IMG/VR virus record: IMGVR_UViG_3300045988_038566
Length of the DNA stretch: 47,547 bases
DNA from: a virus
Reading direction: 5' to 3' (one strand)
The position numbers and the translations under genes were made by a program. The notes beneath the pieces were generated by a model. It saw only the letters and a program-made list of their open reading frames with translations. It was not told where the DNA came from and ran no database searches. Position 1 is the first letter of the stretch. Every line of letters starts with the position of its first letter. Shown piece by piece: positions 39,668 through 47,547 of this stretch.

Positions 39668-40159
39668 TTGAAAGCGTACACTTCAAAGGCGGTTGCCGCT
39701 TGGCTGGATATTTCAGAACGCAGAGTGCGCCAGCTGCGTGACGAAAAGGTTATAACGGAAATCAGACCGGGGCTGTACGACTTGAAGACCGTAAACCACC
39801 AGTACATAAATTATTTGCGCAAAAACAACCCGGAAAGTGAAAGTACAATAGATTACAACGCAGAACGTGCAAAGCTGGTCAGAGCAAAAAGAGAAGCACA
39901 AGAACTGGAATTGCAGCTGCGCAGAAATGAGGTACACACCACAGAGGACGTGGAACAGGTAATGACAGACACGCTTGTTAGGTTCAAAACAAGGCTTATG
40001 GCTATACCTGCAAAGTTAAGCCCCATTTTATCAAAGAAAAAGGACCAGACAGAAATATTTAAGCTGCTGAAAAGCGCCATTGATGAAGTGCTGGAAGAAC
40101 TTTCAGACTTCCAGACAGTGTTTGGGTACGGTGTAGACAATGAAGAAAAACACAGTTGA
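39668..40159 (+). CDS. terS: Terminase small subunit, lambda Nu1-like
   Basis: 163 aa from TTG 39668 (AGGGGGTG RBS). N-terminal HTH (KAVAAWLDISERRVRQLRDEK). IDYNAERAKLVRAKREAQELELQLRRNEV... aligns by eye with Nu1 IEYERHRLTRAQADAQELKNARDSAEV. Confidence 0.7.
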   Translation: MKAYTSKAVAAWLDISERRVRQLRDEKVITEIRPGLYDLKTVNHQYINYLRKNNPESESTIDYNAERAKLVRAKREAQELELQLRRNEVHTTEDVEQVMTDTLVRFKTRLMAIPAKLSPILSKKKDQTEIFKLLKSAIDEVLEELSDFQTVFGYGVDNEEKHS

Positions 40160-41972
40160 TATGTTCACACGGATTTTCAAAGTGCTGCAACCGCCACCAG
40201 AAATGACACTTTCACAGTGGGCAGACAAGTTCCGCAGACTGTCTGCCGGGTCTTCCGCAGAGCCGGGACGCTGGAAGACGGCAAAGGCACCGTATCAAAA
40301 AGAGATTATGGACGCCATAACAGATATTACAATAAAAAAAGTTGTGATTATGTCGGCAGCACAGGTGGGAAAGACAGACGCAATGGTGCTGAACCCTATT
40401 GGATATTATGTGCATTATGACCCGTCACCGATTATGGTTATACAGCCGACAATAGACATGGCAGAGAAGTTTTCAAAAGAAAAGCTGTCACCTATGCTGC
40501 GTGATACGCCCGTACTTGCGGACCGTATCAACGAAAAGAGCCGCAACAGCGGTAATACAATCATGCAAAAGATATTTCCGGGCGGCTTTATAACGATTGC
40601 AGGAGCGAACAGCCCAACAGGACTGCGAAGCCACACAATCAGAATATTGCTTGCAGACGAGATAGACGCATACCCAGCCAGCGCAGGAAAAGAGGGCGAC
40701 CCACTTTTACTGGCTTCAAAGCGTCAGACTACATTCTGGAATAAAAAGCAGGTGGACATTTCAACACCAACAGTCAAAGGGGCTTCCAGAATAGAAGTGG
40801 AGTACGAAAACAGCAGCCGGGGAGAATGGAACGCACCGTGCCCGTGCTGCGGAGAACTGCAACCGCTGGTCTGGTCAAATGTTGTGTTCGACAAAAACGA
40901 CCTATCAGAAATCAGATACGCTTGCAGCAAGTGCGGCGTCATATCCAGTGAAGCAGAATGGAAAGAACACTTTATTGATGGAACCTTTGTGCATGAAGAC
41001 CCAGACAACCCCGTGCGTGGGTTCCACTTGAACACGCTTGCTTCCACATTGACCACATGGCAAGAAGTTGTTGAAAAGTTTCTGACGGCAAATGACCAGA
41101 TGAAAAAAGGCAACGTGGAACTGATGAAAGTATGGACTAATACCGAAATGGGGCAAACGTGGGAAGAAGACGGGGAAACCATAGAAGACGACGAACTGAT
41201 GAAGCGCCGGGAGAAATACAAGTGTGAAGTACCAGAAGAAGTGCTGTACTTGACAGCTGGCGTAGATACGCAGGACGACAGATTTGAAATTGAAGTTGTG
41301 GGCTGGGGTCCAGAATATGAAAGCTGGGGCATTAGGTATGCGGCAATATACGGCGACAATTCAGACATCAACAATCAAGTCTGGCAAGACCTTGACACAT
41401 TCTTATTGCAGACCTTTGAAAAACCGGACGGAACGAAAATGAAGCTGTCATGCGTCTGCATTGACAGTGGAGGACACAGAACCAATCAAGTATATAAATT
41501 CTGCAAAGCCCGGTTCAATCGCAGAGTATTTGCAATCAAAGGTTCAAACGATAGCGCCGCAGCGTATATCCAGAAGCCGTCAAAAAGCAACCGTGAGGGC
41601 GCATATCTTTTCACACTGGGAGTTGATACCGGAAAAAGCCTGCTTATGGACAGACTAAAGTTGGAGGAAGAGGGACCCGGCTTTTGCCATTTTCCGAAAG
41701 AAGAGGGCAAGGGATATGACGAAAAGTATTTCAAGGGCTTAACGTCGGAAAAAAAGGTAATGCGCTACAAAATGGGAAGACCATATTTTGCATGGGAACT
41801 GAAAGACAAAGGCGAACACAAACGAAATGAAGCGCTGGACTGCCGGAACTATGCAACGGCAGCTATTGAAATTATCAATGTACCATTGAAGAAACCGGAC
41901 AAAAAGAAAGAAGCCACGGCAGCAAAGAAAATTGTAAAACGTGGCAGAAGAAGAAGTGGAGGAATATTATAA
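40140..41972 (+). CDS. terL: Terminase large subunit, lambda gpA-like
   Basis: 610 aa. The N-terminal ...MTLSQWADKFRRLSAGSSAEPGRWKTAKAPYQKEIMDA...MSAAQVGKTD (Walker A-like) is typical of GpA-family terminases. Confidence 0.88.
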   Translation: MKKNTVDMFTRIFKVLQPPPEMTLSQWADKFRRLSAGSSAEPGRWKTAKAPYQKEIMDAITDITIKKVVIMSAAQVGKTDAMVLNPIGYYVHYDPSPIMVIQPTIDMAEKFSKEKLSPMLRDTPVLADRINEKSRNSGNTIMQKIFPGGFITIAGANSPTGLRSHTIRILLADEIDAYPASAGKEGDPLLLASKRQTTFWNKKQVDISTPTVKGASRIEVEYENSSRGEWNAPCPCCGELQPLVWSNVVFDKNDLSEIRYACSKCGVISSEAEWKEHFIDGTFVHEDPDNPVRGFHLNTLASTLTTWQEVVEKFLTANDQMKKGNVELMKVWTNTEMGQTWEEDGETIEDDELMKRREKYKCEVPEEVLYLTAGVDTQDDRFEIEVVGWGPEYESWGIRYAAIYGDNSDINNQVWQDLDTFLLQTFEKPDGTKMKLSCVCIDSGGHRTNQVYKFCKARFNRRVFAIKGSNDSAAAYIQKPSKSNREGAYLFTLGVDTGKSLLMDRLKLEEEGPGFCHFPKEEGKGYDEKYFKGLTSEKKVMRYKMGRPYFAWELKDKGEHKRNEALDCRNYATAAIEIINVPLKKPDKKKEATAAKKIVKRGRRRSGGIL

Positions 41973-42209
41973 ATGGCAGGAATTACACTGGAAACAGCAA
42001 AAAGACACCTTGACGCATGGTTGGAAGCGGAACTGGAGGTGACAAACGCCCAGTCCTACACAATAGGCAGCAGAACAATGACGAAAGCAAATCTGACCGA
42101 AATTAGGAAGTCTATTGAATATTGGCAAGGGAAAGTCACTGCGCTTGAAAATGCGGCAAAATACGGCGGCAGGAACCGTGCAAAACGATTTGTGCCACGG
42201 GATTTATAA
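41973..42209 (+). CDS. Head-tail joining protein gpW-like
   Basis: 78 aa. The pattern LETAKRHLDAWLEAELEVTNAQSYTIGSRTMTKANLTEIRKSIEYWQ and its position between gpA-like and portal genes match lambda W. Confidence 0.7.
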   Translation: MAGITLETAKRHLDAWLEAELEVTNAQSYTIGSRTMTKANLTEIRKSIEYWQGKVTALENAAKYGGRNRAKRFVPRDL

Positions 42210-42211
42210 AA

Positions 42212-42277
42212 GATTGCCCGTGATTGCCCGTTTTTAGGGTTTATTTCCCCCCATTGCCCGCAAAAATGGGGTAATAT
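42212..42277 (+). promoter_or_regulatory. Candidate late promoter 2: ATTGCCCG x3 (42213-42220, 42223-42230, 42253-42260), N11, TAATAT (42272-42277)
   Basis: Two tandem copies 10 bp apart plus a promoter-proximal CCATTGCCCG, at the same 11-nt distance from the -10 as in promoter 1. Confidence 0.5.
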
Positions 42278-42304
42278 TGTAGCGTGAATAAGTGAGAAAA
42301 GACG

Positions 42305-42332
42305 AAAAGCACCCGTGAAAAGGTGCTTTTTT
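42305..42332 (+). terminator. Leader rho-independent terminator between late promoter 2 and the portal gene
   Basis: AAAAGCACC (42305-42313) pairs with GGTGCTTTT (42322-42330), loop CGTGAAAA, T-run 42327-42332. Confidence 0.55.
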
Positions 42333-42355
42333 CATGTAATAAAGGAGGTGAAAGC

Positions 42356-43993
42356 GTGGGAATTGCAGCAGGAATTGATAAGGTAATAGCAGCCATTGCA
42401 CCGCAAGTGGCACTGAAAAGAACGGTTGCAAGGCAGAAAATGCAGATTTTAGACAGTGGCTATGGCAATTATGGCGCCAGCGTCACAAAAAAATCACTTG
42501 CAGGCTGGCTTCATGCAGGCGGCAGCAGTCGTGAGGACATAGAAGACAACGTATCTGTATTGCGGCAGCGTACCCGTGATTTGTATATGGGCGTGCCACT
42601 GGCAAATGGAGCAGTCAAGACCATGCGCACCAATGTTGTTGGACGTGGGTTGCGGTTGAAGTCAACCATTGACGCAGAAACGCTGGGAATTTCACCAGAA
42701 GAACGCCGGAACCTTGAAAAGAAGATTGAAAAAGAATGGTCTATCTGGGCTGAAAGCAATGATTGCGATATGTCAAGGATAGATAACTTTTATGAGTTGC
42801 AGCAGTTGGCTTTTATGAACTGGCTTATTTCTGGGGATTGTCTGGCAGTATTGCCAATTAAGCCACGAATAAACCAGCCATATGACCTGCGTGTGCAGCT
42901 GATAGAAGCGGACAGGCTTTGCAGTCCGGACAACTGCGACACAATAGACAACCAGATTGTCGGAGGTGTGGAGGTTGACAAGTCCGGGGAAGTGATAGCG
43001 TATCACATAGCGAACCACCACCCGTTGTCATACGCATACAATGACATAAGCTGGCAGAGGGTTGAAGCATACGGACAAAAGACCGGAAGAAGAAACGTGC
43101 TTCACATGATGAACCGGGAAAGAATAGAACAGCGCAGAGGAGTTCCATTCCTTGCACCAGTCATTGAAAGTTTGAAACAGCTTGGAAGATACACGGACGC
43201 AGAGCTTGTGGCGGCGGTTGTGTCCGGTATGTTTACTATTTTTATTGAAAAGGCAGACGCCAGCGCAGAAGACGCCATAGGAAGTATGCTGCCGGAAGAA
43301 GTGCAGGTGGACGCAGAAGACGAAAGCACCATTGAACTTGCGCCGGGTGCTGTTATCGACTTAAACGAGGGAGAAAAAGCACACGACACAAACCCCGGAA
43401 GACCGAACGCAAATTTTGGCAGCTTTGTGGAAGCAATATGCCAGCAGATAGGCGCAGCACTTGAAATTCCGTATGAATTACTTGTGAAGCGTTTTAATTC
43501 CAGCTATACAGCCAGCAAAGGCGCACTGGAAGAAGCATGGAAAATGTTTAATATGTACCGTGGCTGGCTATCAACGGACTTTTGCCAGCCGGTGTATGAA
43601 GAATGGCTGACGGAAGCGGTAGCGAAAGGGCGTATCAAAGCACCGGGCTTCTTTGCAGACCCAGCAATTAGAAAAGCGTATTGTGGGGCAAAGTGGAACG
43701 GACCTGCAAAAGGTATGCTTGACCCAACAAAAGAGGTTACAGCAGCGAAAGAGAGAGTGTCAAACGGCTTTAGCACCAGAAGTGATGAAGCAATGCAAAT
43801 GACAGGAAGTAACTTTTATAACAATGTCGAACAGTTGAAACATGAAGAAAAAGAACTGAAAGAGGTGAAGAAAATTGCCAATGGAACCACAAACAAACAG
43901 AACACCCCAACAGAACCCACAGACAATGCCGGGAATGAACCAGCAGCAGGACAGCAGAACGCCGGGCAATCCTTACGGGGTGACAACAAATAA
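42356..43993 (+). CDS. Portal protein, lambda gpB family
   Basis: 545 aa from GTG 42356 (AGGAGGTG RBS); the ORF is open from 42323. Its size and its order after gpW-like and before the protease fit a portal. Confidence 0.85.
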   Translation: MGIAAGIDKVIAAIAPQVALKRTVARQKMQILDSGYGNYGASVTKKSLAGWLHAGGSSREDIEDNVSVLRQRTRDLYMGVPLANGAVKTMRTNVVGRGLRLKSTIDAETLGISPEERRNLEKKIEKEWSIWAESNDCDMSRIDNFYELQQLAFMNWLISGDCLAVLPIKPRINQPYDLRVQLIEADRLCSPDNCDTIDNQIVGGVEVDKSGEVIAYHIANHHPLSYAYNDISWQRVEAYGQKTGRRNVLHMMNRERIEQRRGVPFLAPVIESLKQLGRYTDAELVAAVVSGMFTIFIEKADASAEDAIGSMLPEEVQVDAEDESTIELAPGAVIDLNEGEKAHDTNPGRPNANFGSFVEAICQQIGAALEIPYELLVKRFNSSYTASKGALEEAWKMFNMYRGWLSTDFCQPVYEEWLTEAVAKGRIKAPGFFADPAIRKAYCGAKWNGPAKGMLDPTKEVTAAKERVSNGFSTRSDEAMQMTGSNFYNNVEQLKHEEKELKEVKKIANGTTNKQNTPTEPTDNAGNEPAAGQQNAGQSLRGDNK

Positions 43994-45104
43994 ATTCTGG
44001 AACTTTATCCCGGCAGCCGGGGACAAGCCACCGGAACTGCTTTTATACGGCGCAATAAGCAGCCAGCAGTCATGGTGGGAAGACAGGGTGACACCACAGC
44101 AATTCAATCAAGAACTTGCGGCGCTTGGTGATGTGCCGGAAATTATCGTGCGCATTAACAGCGGCGGCGGTGATGTGTTCGCAGCAAATGCGATTTTTAC
44201 AAGATTGAAAGATTGTTCAGCGAAAGTGACAGTCAAAATTGATGGCTGGGCAGCTTCCGCAGCCACAATCATTGCTATGGCAGGCGACACAATCAAGATT
44301 GCCAGAAACGGTGTATTTATGATACATGACCCTGCAATGACAGTCTGGGACACTTTCAGAGCAGAAGACTTTTTGAAGATGGCTGATGAACTGAAAGTGA
44401 TTAAACAAAGTATTGTCAATACATATGCCAGCAAGACTGGCAAAAAGACAGAGGACATAGAACAGCTTATGTCAAATGAAACATGGTGGACGGGCGACAT
44501 TGCCGTTGAAAACGGCTTTTGTGATGAATTGATGTTTGAAGACAGCACAACGGTTGTTGAAAATTCTTCAAAAATCGTGGTCAATTCAGTACCCATTGAC
44601 GTTTCCATGTTCAAGAGTATTCCAACCCAGTTATTAAACAGCCCGCACAATCAAAATCCGGGTAGTTTAGTAAATAGTGCAACAGAACCTATCAACAAGC
44701 CACAGGAAAAGGAGGAACCAGAAATGGCAGCACCAGAAAACAAAATCACAACGGTTGACGCACTAAAAGCCGCATACCCGGATTTAGTAGCGACAATCCA
44801 GAATGAAGCAGCAGCCACAGAACGTGCCAGAATTAAAGGCATTGAAGACTTGGCAAACGGCAACTATGACGCAATCGCAAAGGACGCAAAGTTTGTCAAC
44901 CCTATTTCTGCACAGGAAATGGCAGTCAAAATCATTTCAGAACAGAACAAAGCGGGCGGCAACTACATTCAGAACCGCCAGCAGGACGCACAGGACGGCG
45001 GGGCAAACGGCGTATCTGGCGTAACACCGGAAGACAACGCAGGCGGTGACGGAAAAGACCCGTTCAATGCCGCTATTGACAAGTTGTTTCCAGATACAAA
45101 ATAA
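43875..45104 (+). CDS. Head maturation protease (ClpP/S49-type) fused to a scaffold-like C-terminal region; start uncertain
   Basis: ClpP-like core INSGGGDVFAANAIFTRL...IDGWAASAATIIAMAGD...MIHDP with a helical C-terminus. Candidate starts are TTG 43875 (best RBS, 119-nt overlap with the portal), ATG 43881/43926/43935 and GTG 43980. Confidence 0.75.
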   Translation: MPMEPQTNRTPQQNPQTMPGMNQQQDSRTPGNPYGVTTNKFWNFIPAAGDKPPELLLYGAISSQQSWWEDRVTPQQFNQELAALGDVPEIIVRINSGGGDVFAANAIFTRLKDCSAKVTVKIDGWAASAATIIAMAGDTIKIARNGVFMIHDPAMTVWDTFRAEDFLKMADELKVIKQSIVNTYASKTGKKTEDIEQLMSNETWWTGDIAVENGFCDELMFEDSTTVVENSSKIVVNSVPIDVSMFKSIPTQLLNSPHNQNPGSLVNSATEPINKPQEKEEPEMAAPENKITTVDALKAAYPDLVATIQNEAAATERARIKGIEDLANGNYDAIAKDAKFVNPISAQEMAVKIISEQNKAGGNYIQNRQQDAQDGGANGVSGVTPEDNAGGDGKDPFNAAIDKLFPDTK

Positions 45105-45118
45105 GGAGGTAGCGCAAA

Positions 45119-45454
45119 ATGAGTGAATACGCAGTAGAGAAGAGAGAAACAGCACCAAAAAATTTCTTTGCTGGCGACTTCCCAACAGTACCGGAAACGG
45201 GAGTTGCGGGCGCAGAAATCAAAGAGTATGCACCAGTAATGGTTGACACAGAGAACGAAAACAAAATCATTCCGGTTGCTACAACAAAAGAAGCGAACGC
45301 AATCGGAATTTCTGCGGCAGCAGCAGGCAAGGGCGAACCAGTCACATATTATTTGACGGGTGAGTTTTTCGCTGACGCATTAAACCTTGAAGCAAGCACA
45401 GATTTAGCAAAAATCAAAGAAGCACTGCGAAAAGTATCAATCTTTTTGAAGTAA
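45119..45454 (+). CDS. Head decoration protein, lambda gpD-like
   Basis: 111 aa, immediately upstream of the major capsid gene. The pattern ...FFAGDFP...IKEYAPVM...GEPVTYYLTGEF is gpD-like. Confidence 0.7.
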   Translation: MSEYAVEKRETAPKNFFAGDFPTVPETGVAGAEIKEYAPVMVDTENENKIIPVATTKEANAIGISAAAAGKGEPVTYYLTGEFFADALNLEASTDLAKIKEALRKVSIFLK

Positions 45455-45470
45455 GGAGGATAAAACAATC

Positions 45471-46526
45471 ATGGCAAATGAAGTATCTATTTACGAACCA
45501 CGAACAATGGGCAGAGTGGTTCAGAAATTACCGCCCGTGCGTACTTTTTTTAGAAGTACATTTTTCAAACATGAAGAAACATTCGTAACAAAGAATGTTG
45601 ATGTTGATTTCAAGAAAGGAAGCAGAAAGGTTGCGCCGTTTGTCAGCCGTGTAGTTGGTGGAAAGGTAGTGCCAAACACTGGCTATGAAACAAAGACCTA
45701 CACACCGCCTTTAGTTGCACCGGAAAAGGTCACAACGGTTGACGACCTTTTGCAGCGCAGACCGGGTGAAAGCCTTTATTCTGGCAGAACACCTGCGGAA
45801 CGTGCAGTGCTTAAAATGGCTGATGATTTCAAGGAACTGCGAGAAATGATTTTACGCCGTGAAGAGTTAATGTGCGTACAGACCATTTTTACTGGCACAA
45901 TCCCTATCATTGGCGACGGAGTAAATGAAGTGATTGACTTCTCTTTTACAAACAAAGAGAAAATCACAACAGCAGCGAAGAAGTGGACTGCCGACACTTC
46001 CGACCCTATCGCAGATTTGAAGCGCTGGCACGAAACCGTACAGAAGACCGGATTTGTAAACTGTGATATTTGTGTTATGGGTGGCGACGTTGCAAATGCG
46101 TTTGTAAATCATGCAAAGGTGCAGAAAATGCTTGATGTGAAAAACTTCAATCTTGCGGTTATACAGCCTAAACAGTTACCGAACGGCGTCACATACCTTG
46201 GAACCATTCACGAACTGGGACTTGATATTTACAAGTACAATGAGTGGTATCTTGACGACTGGACAAACCCAGACAAACCGGAGGACAAGCCGCTTGTACC
46301 TGCTGACAGCTTGGCACTGTTAAGTACAAACGCTGATTATTCCATGTACTATGGAGCAATCACACTTATTAAGGAGCCGGACGGCAACTTTATGACCGTA
46401 GAGGGTAAATATGTACCGGACACATGGACAAAACGCAAGCCTGCCCGCCGCTTCCTCAATCTGTCTTCTGCACCGTTATGCGTTCCGCATGATGTAGACA
46501 GCTGGTTTGTTGCAACACCTATCTAA
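45471..46526 (+). CDS. Major capsid protein, lambda gpE-like
   Basis: 351 aa. The N-terminal ...IYEPRTMGRVVQKLPPVRTFFRSTFFKHEETF...VDVDFKKGSRKVAPFV is typical of the E-family capsid. Confidence 0.88.
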   Translation: MANEVSIYEPRTMGRVVQKLPPVRTFFRSTFFKHEETFVTKNVDVDFKKGSRKVAPFVSRVVGGKVVPNTGYETKTYTPPLVAPEKVTTVDDLLQRRPGESLYSGRTPAERAVLKMADDFKELREMILRREELMCVQTIFTGTIPIIGDGVNEVIDFSFTNKEKITTAAKKWTADTSDPIADLKRWHETVQKTGFVNCDICVMGGDVANAFVNHAKVQKMLDVKNFNLAVIQPKQLPNGVTYLGTIHELGLDIYKYNEWYLDDWTNPDKPEDKPLVPADSLALLSTNADYSMYYGAITLIKEPDGNFMTVEGKYVPDTWTKRKPARRFLNLSSAPLCVPHDVDSWFVATPI

Positions 46527-46870
46527 TGGACTTCAAAGCACAGCTTGCCAGTGACATGAAAGTGTTTCACAACTGCGGAGAAATGGCAACTATGACTGAT
46601 ATATGGTATCAAGGCAAGAAACACTATTTGCCCATAATCATTGACCACACGGCAGCCGACGAACGGCAGAGAGGAAACGGGGACAATGCAGAGGGCATAA
46701 ACCGTGCTTCTTGTCTGGTCTATATGTCATTATATGATTTTGGTTGCGTTCCAAAAAAAGGACGCCAGCTTGAAATTGACGAAGCCGGGGCAATCAATAT
46801 GTATAACATTTCAAAAGCAGACTGCGAGGACGGGGAAATAATTCTTGAATTGGAGATGTTGGAAGAATGA
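46526..46870 (+). CDS. Head-tail joining protein (gpFII-like)
   Basis: 114 aa. Its position after the capsid gene and its size fit, with loose by-eye similarity to lambda FII. Confidence 0.45.
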   Translation: MDFKAQLASDMKVFHNCGEMATMTDIWYQGKKHYLPIIIDHTAADERQRGNGDNAEGINRASCLVYMSLYDFGCVPKKGRQLEIDEAGAINMYNISKADCEDGEIILELEMLEE

Positions 46871-47433
46871 TTGAAATAACATCTGACGCAATAGAAAGAG
46901 TTGGAACCCTGCTGGCAGACGTTCCAAAAGGTGCAGAAAGAGTATTTGCCAGCGCTATGAACCGTGGTATTTCCAGAGTGAAGACACAGGCAATAAAGCA
47001 GGTAAAAACCGTATATGCCGTAAATGGCGCAGCACTGACGAAAGCAACCAGAATAAATATAACCAAAGCCAGCACGGGAAACCTTGCGGGCTTTGTTTCG
47101 TTTTCTGGCGTGAAAATACCACTGTACAAATTCAAAGTAACGCCGACGAAGCCCGGAACCGGAAAGCAGGTGCGGGCGGCGGTCAAAAAAGGTGGCAGCG
47201 GGACACCGTTTGAAGACGCTTTCGTTGCAGAAATGAAAAGCAATGGTCACACGGGAGTATTTGAGAGGACAGGGCGCAAGCGTTTTCCGATTGAAGAGAA
47301 AATGGGACTATCAGCAGCACAGATGGTGGGAAATGAAGATATTATAGACGGGCTGGAAAAGGAAGCACAAGAACTGGTAAACGAAAGAATTATACACGAA
47401 ATGAACAGGATTTTGAACGGTTATGGAGGGTAA
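46867..47433 (+). CDS. Tail completion protein (gpZ-like minor tail protein)
   Basis: 188 aa. ATGA overlap with the upstream gene. Assignment is from position and by-eye resemblance to the prophage minor tail protein Z family. Confidence 0.45.
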   Translation: MIEITSDAIERVGTLLADVPKGAERVFASAMNRGISRVKTQAIKQVKTVYAVNGAALTKATRINITKASTGNLAGFVSFSGVKIPLYKFKVTPTKPGTGKQVRAAVKKGGSGTPFEDAFVAEMKSNGHTGVFERTGRKRFPIEEKMGLSAAQMVGNEDIIDGLEKEAQELVNERIIHEMNRILNGYGG

Positions 47434-47439
47434 AGCGTT

Positions 47440-47547
47440 ATGACACCAGTTTTTTTGTTGGAAGAATTGCAGAAATTCATTAGTTCCAAAACGTCTGACA
47501 TTATTTTGCCAGTGCGAACCAGAACGGGAAGCAACGAAGAAAAAGAA
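47440..47547 (+). CDS. 5' end of the junction-spanning gene (continues at base 100 of the window; same gene as 1-489)
   Basis: ATG 47440 lies 9 nt after GGAGGG. From 47449 the sequence duplicates bases 1-99. Confidence 0.6.
   Translation, partial: MTPVFLLEELQKFISSKTSDIILPVRTRTGSNEEKE
47449..47547. repeat. Terminal overlap, copy 2 (exact duplicate of 1-99)
   Basis: Direct comparison. Confidence 0.95.

Noticed and set aside
1-47547. Genome-wide TAG (amber) stop-codon reassignment, suggested by the in-frame TAG in the HNH gene
   Set aside because: TAG terminates several well-delimited genes whose successors start within a few nucleotides with their own RBS. Examples are 7402-7404 (tail X), 9052-9054 (gpV-like), 17352-17354 (holin), 29162-29164, 30126-30128, 36426-36428 (ParB-like) and 37631-37633. 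The only tRNA found has anticodon CCG, not CUA.

Overview
The window is a complete, circularly closed temperate phage (prophage-type) genome. Bases 1-99 recur exactly at 47449-47547, so the unit is 47,448 bp. The junction falls inside a gene, so this is an assembly overlap and not a physical end. Nearly all of the window is coding.

Gene order:
- 47440/1-13277 (+): PBSX/P2-like contractile tail and baseplate.
- 13284-16522: a diversity-generating retroelement (DGR). It has a variable C-type-lectin/FGE-fold target (13284-14336), Avd (14420-14878), a template repeat (14936-15046) and a reverse transcriptase (15308-16522).
- 16500-19399: lysis cassette.
- 19503-22377: short early or moron operons, each driven by the same repeated promoter-operator cassette.
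- 22472-25660: lysogeny module with a large serine integrase, a DUF4236-like membrane protein, and an XRE/cI-type repressor with three operators.
- 26152-27159: a second DGR target gene with its own variable repeat.
- 27522-33737: replication and DNA-metabolism genes (HUH Rep, ASCH-like, PAPS-reductase-like, HNH with an in-frame TAG, VRR-NUC).
- 33885-38486: a tRNA, a ParA/ParB-like pair, a C5 DNA methyltransferase and a sigma-like late regulator.
- 38682-47433: lambda-like packaging and head module (Nu1- and gpA-like terminase, gpW, portal, ClpP-type protease/scaffold, gpD-like decoration, gpE-like capsid, FII- and Z-like connectors).

AGGAGG-type RBSs, frequent GTG/TTG starts and a CHAP+LysM endolysin point to a Gram-positive (Clostridia-type) host.

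The most interesting system is the DGR. One TR/RT serves two full-length paralogous targets, and all 18 VR/TR mismatches sit at TR adenines. One target lies in the tail-fibre locus. The other lies about 12 kb away in the repressor-controlled early region and is bracketed by 23-bp direct repeats.

Other notable signals:
- a 9-copy operator/promoter cassette system;
- a tandem ATTGCCYG late-promoter motif followed by leader terminators;
- a parS-like 20-nt repeat;
- an amber-interrupted HNH gene.

All protein family names come from by-eye motif recognition. No database search was run.
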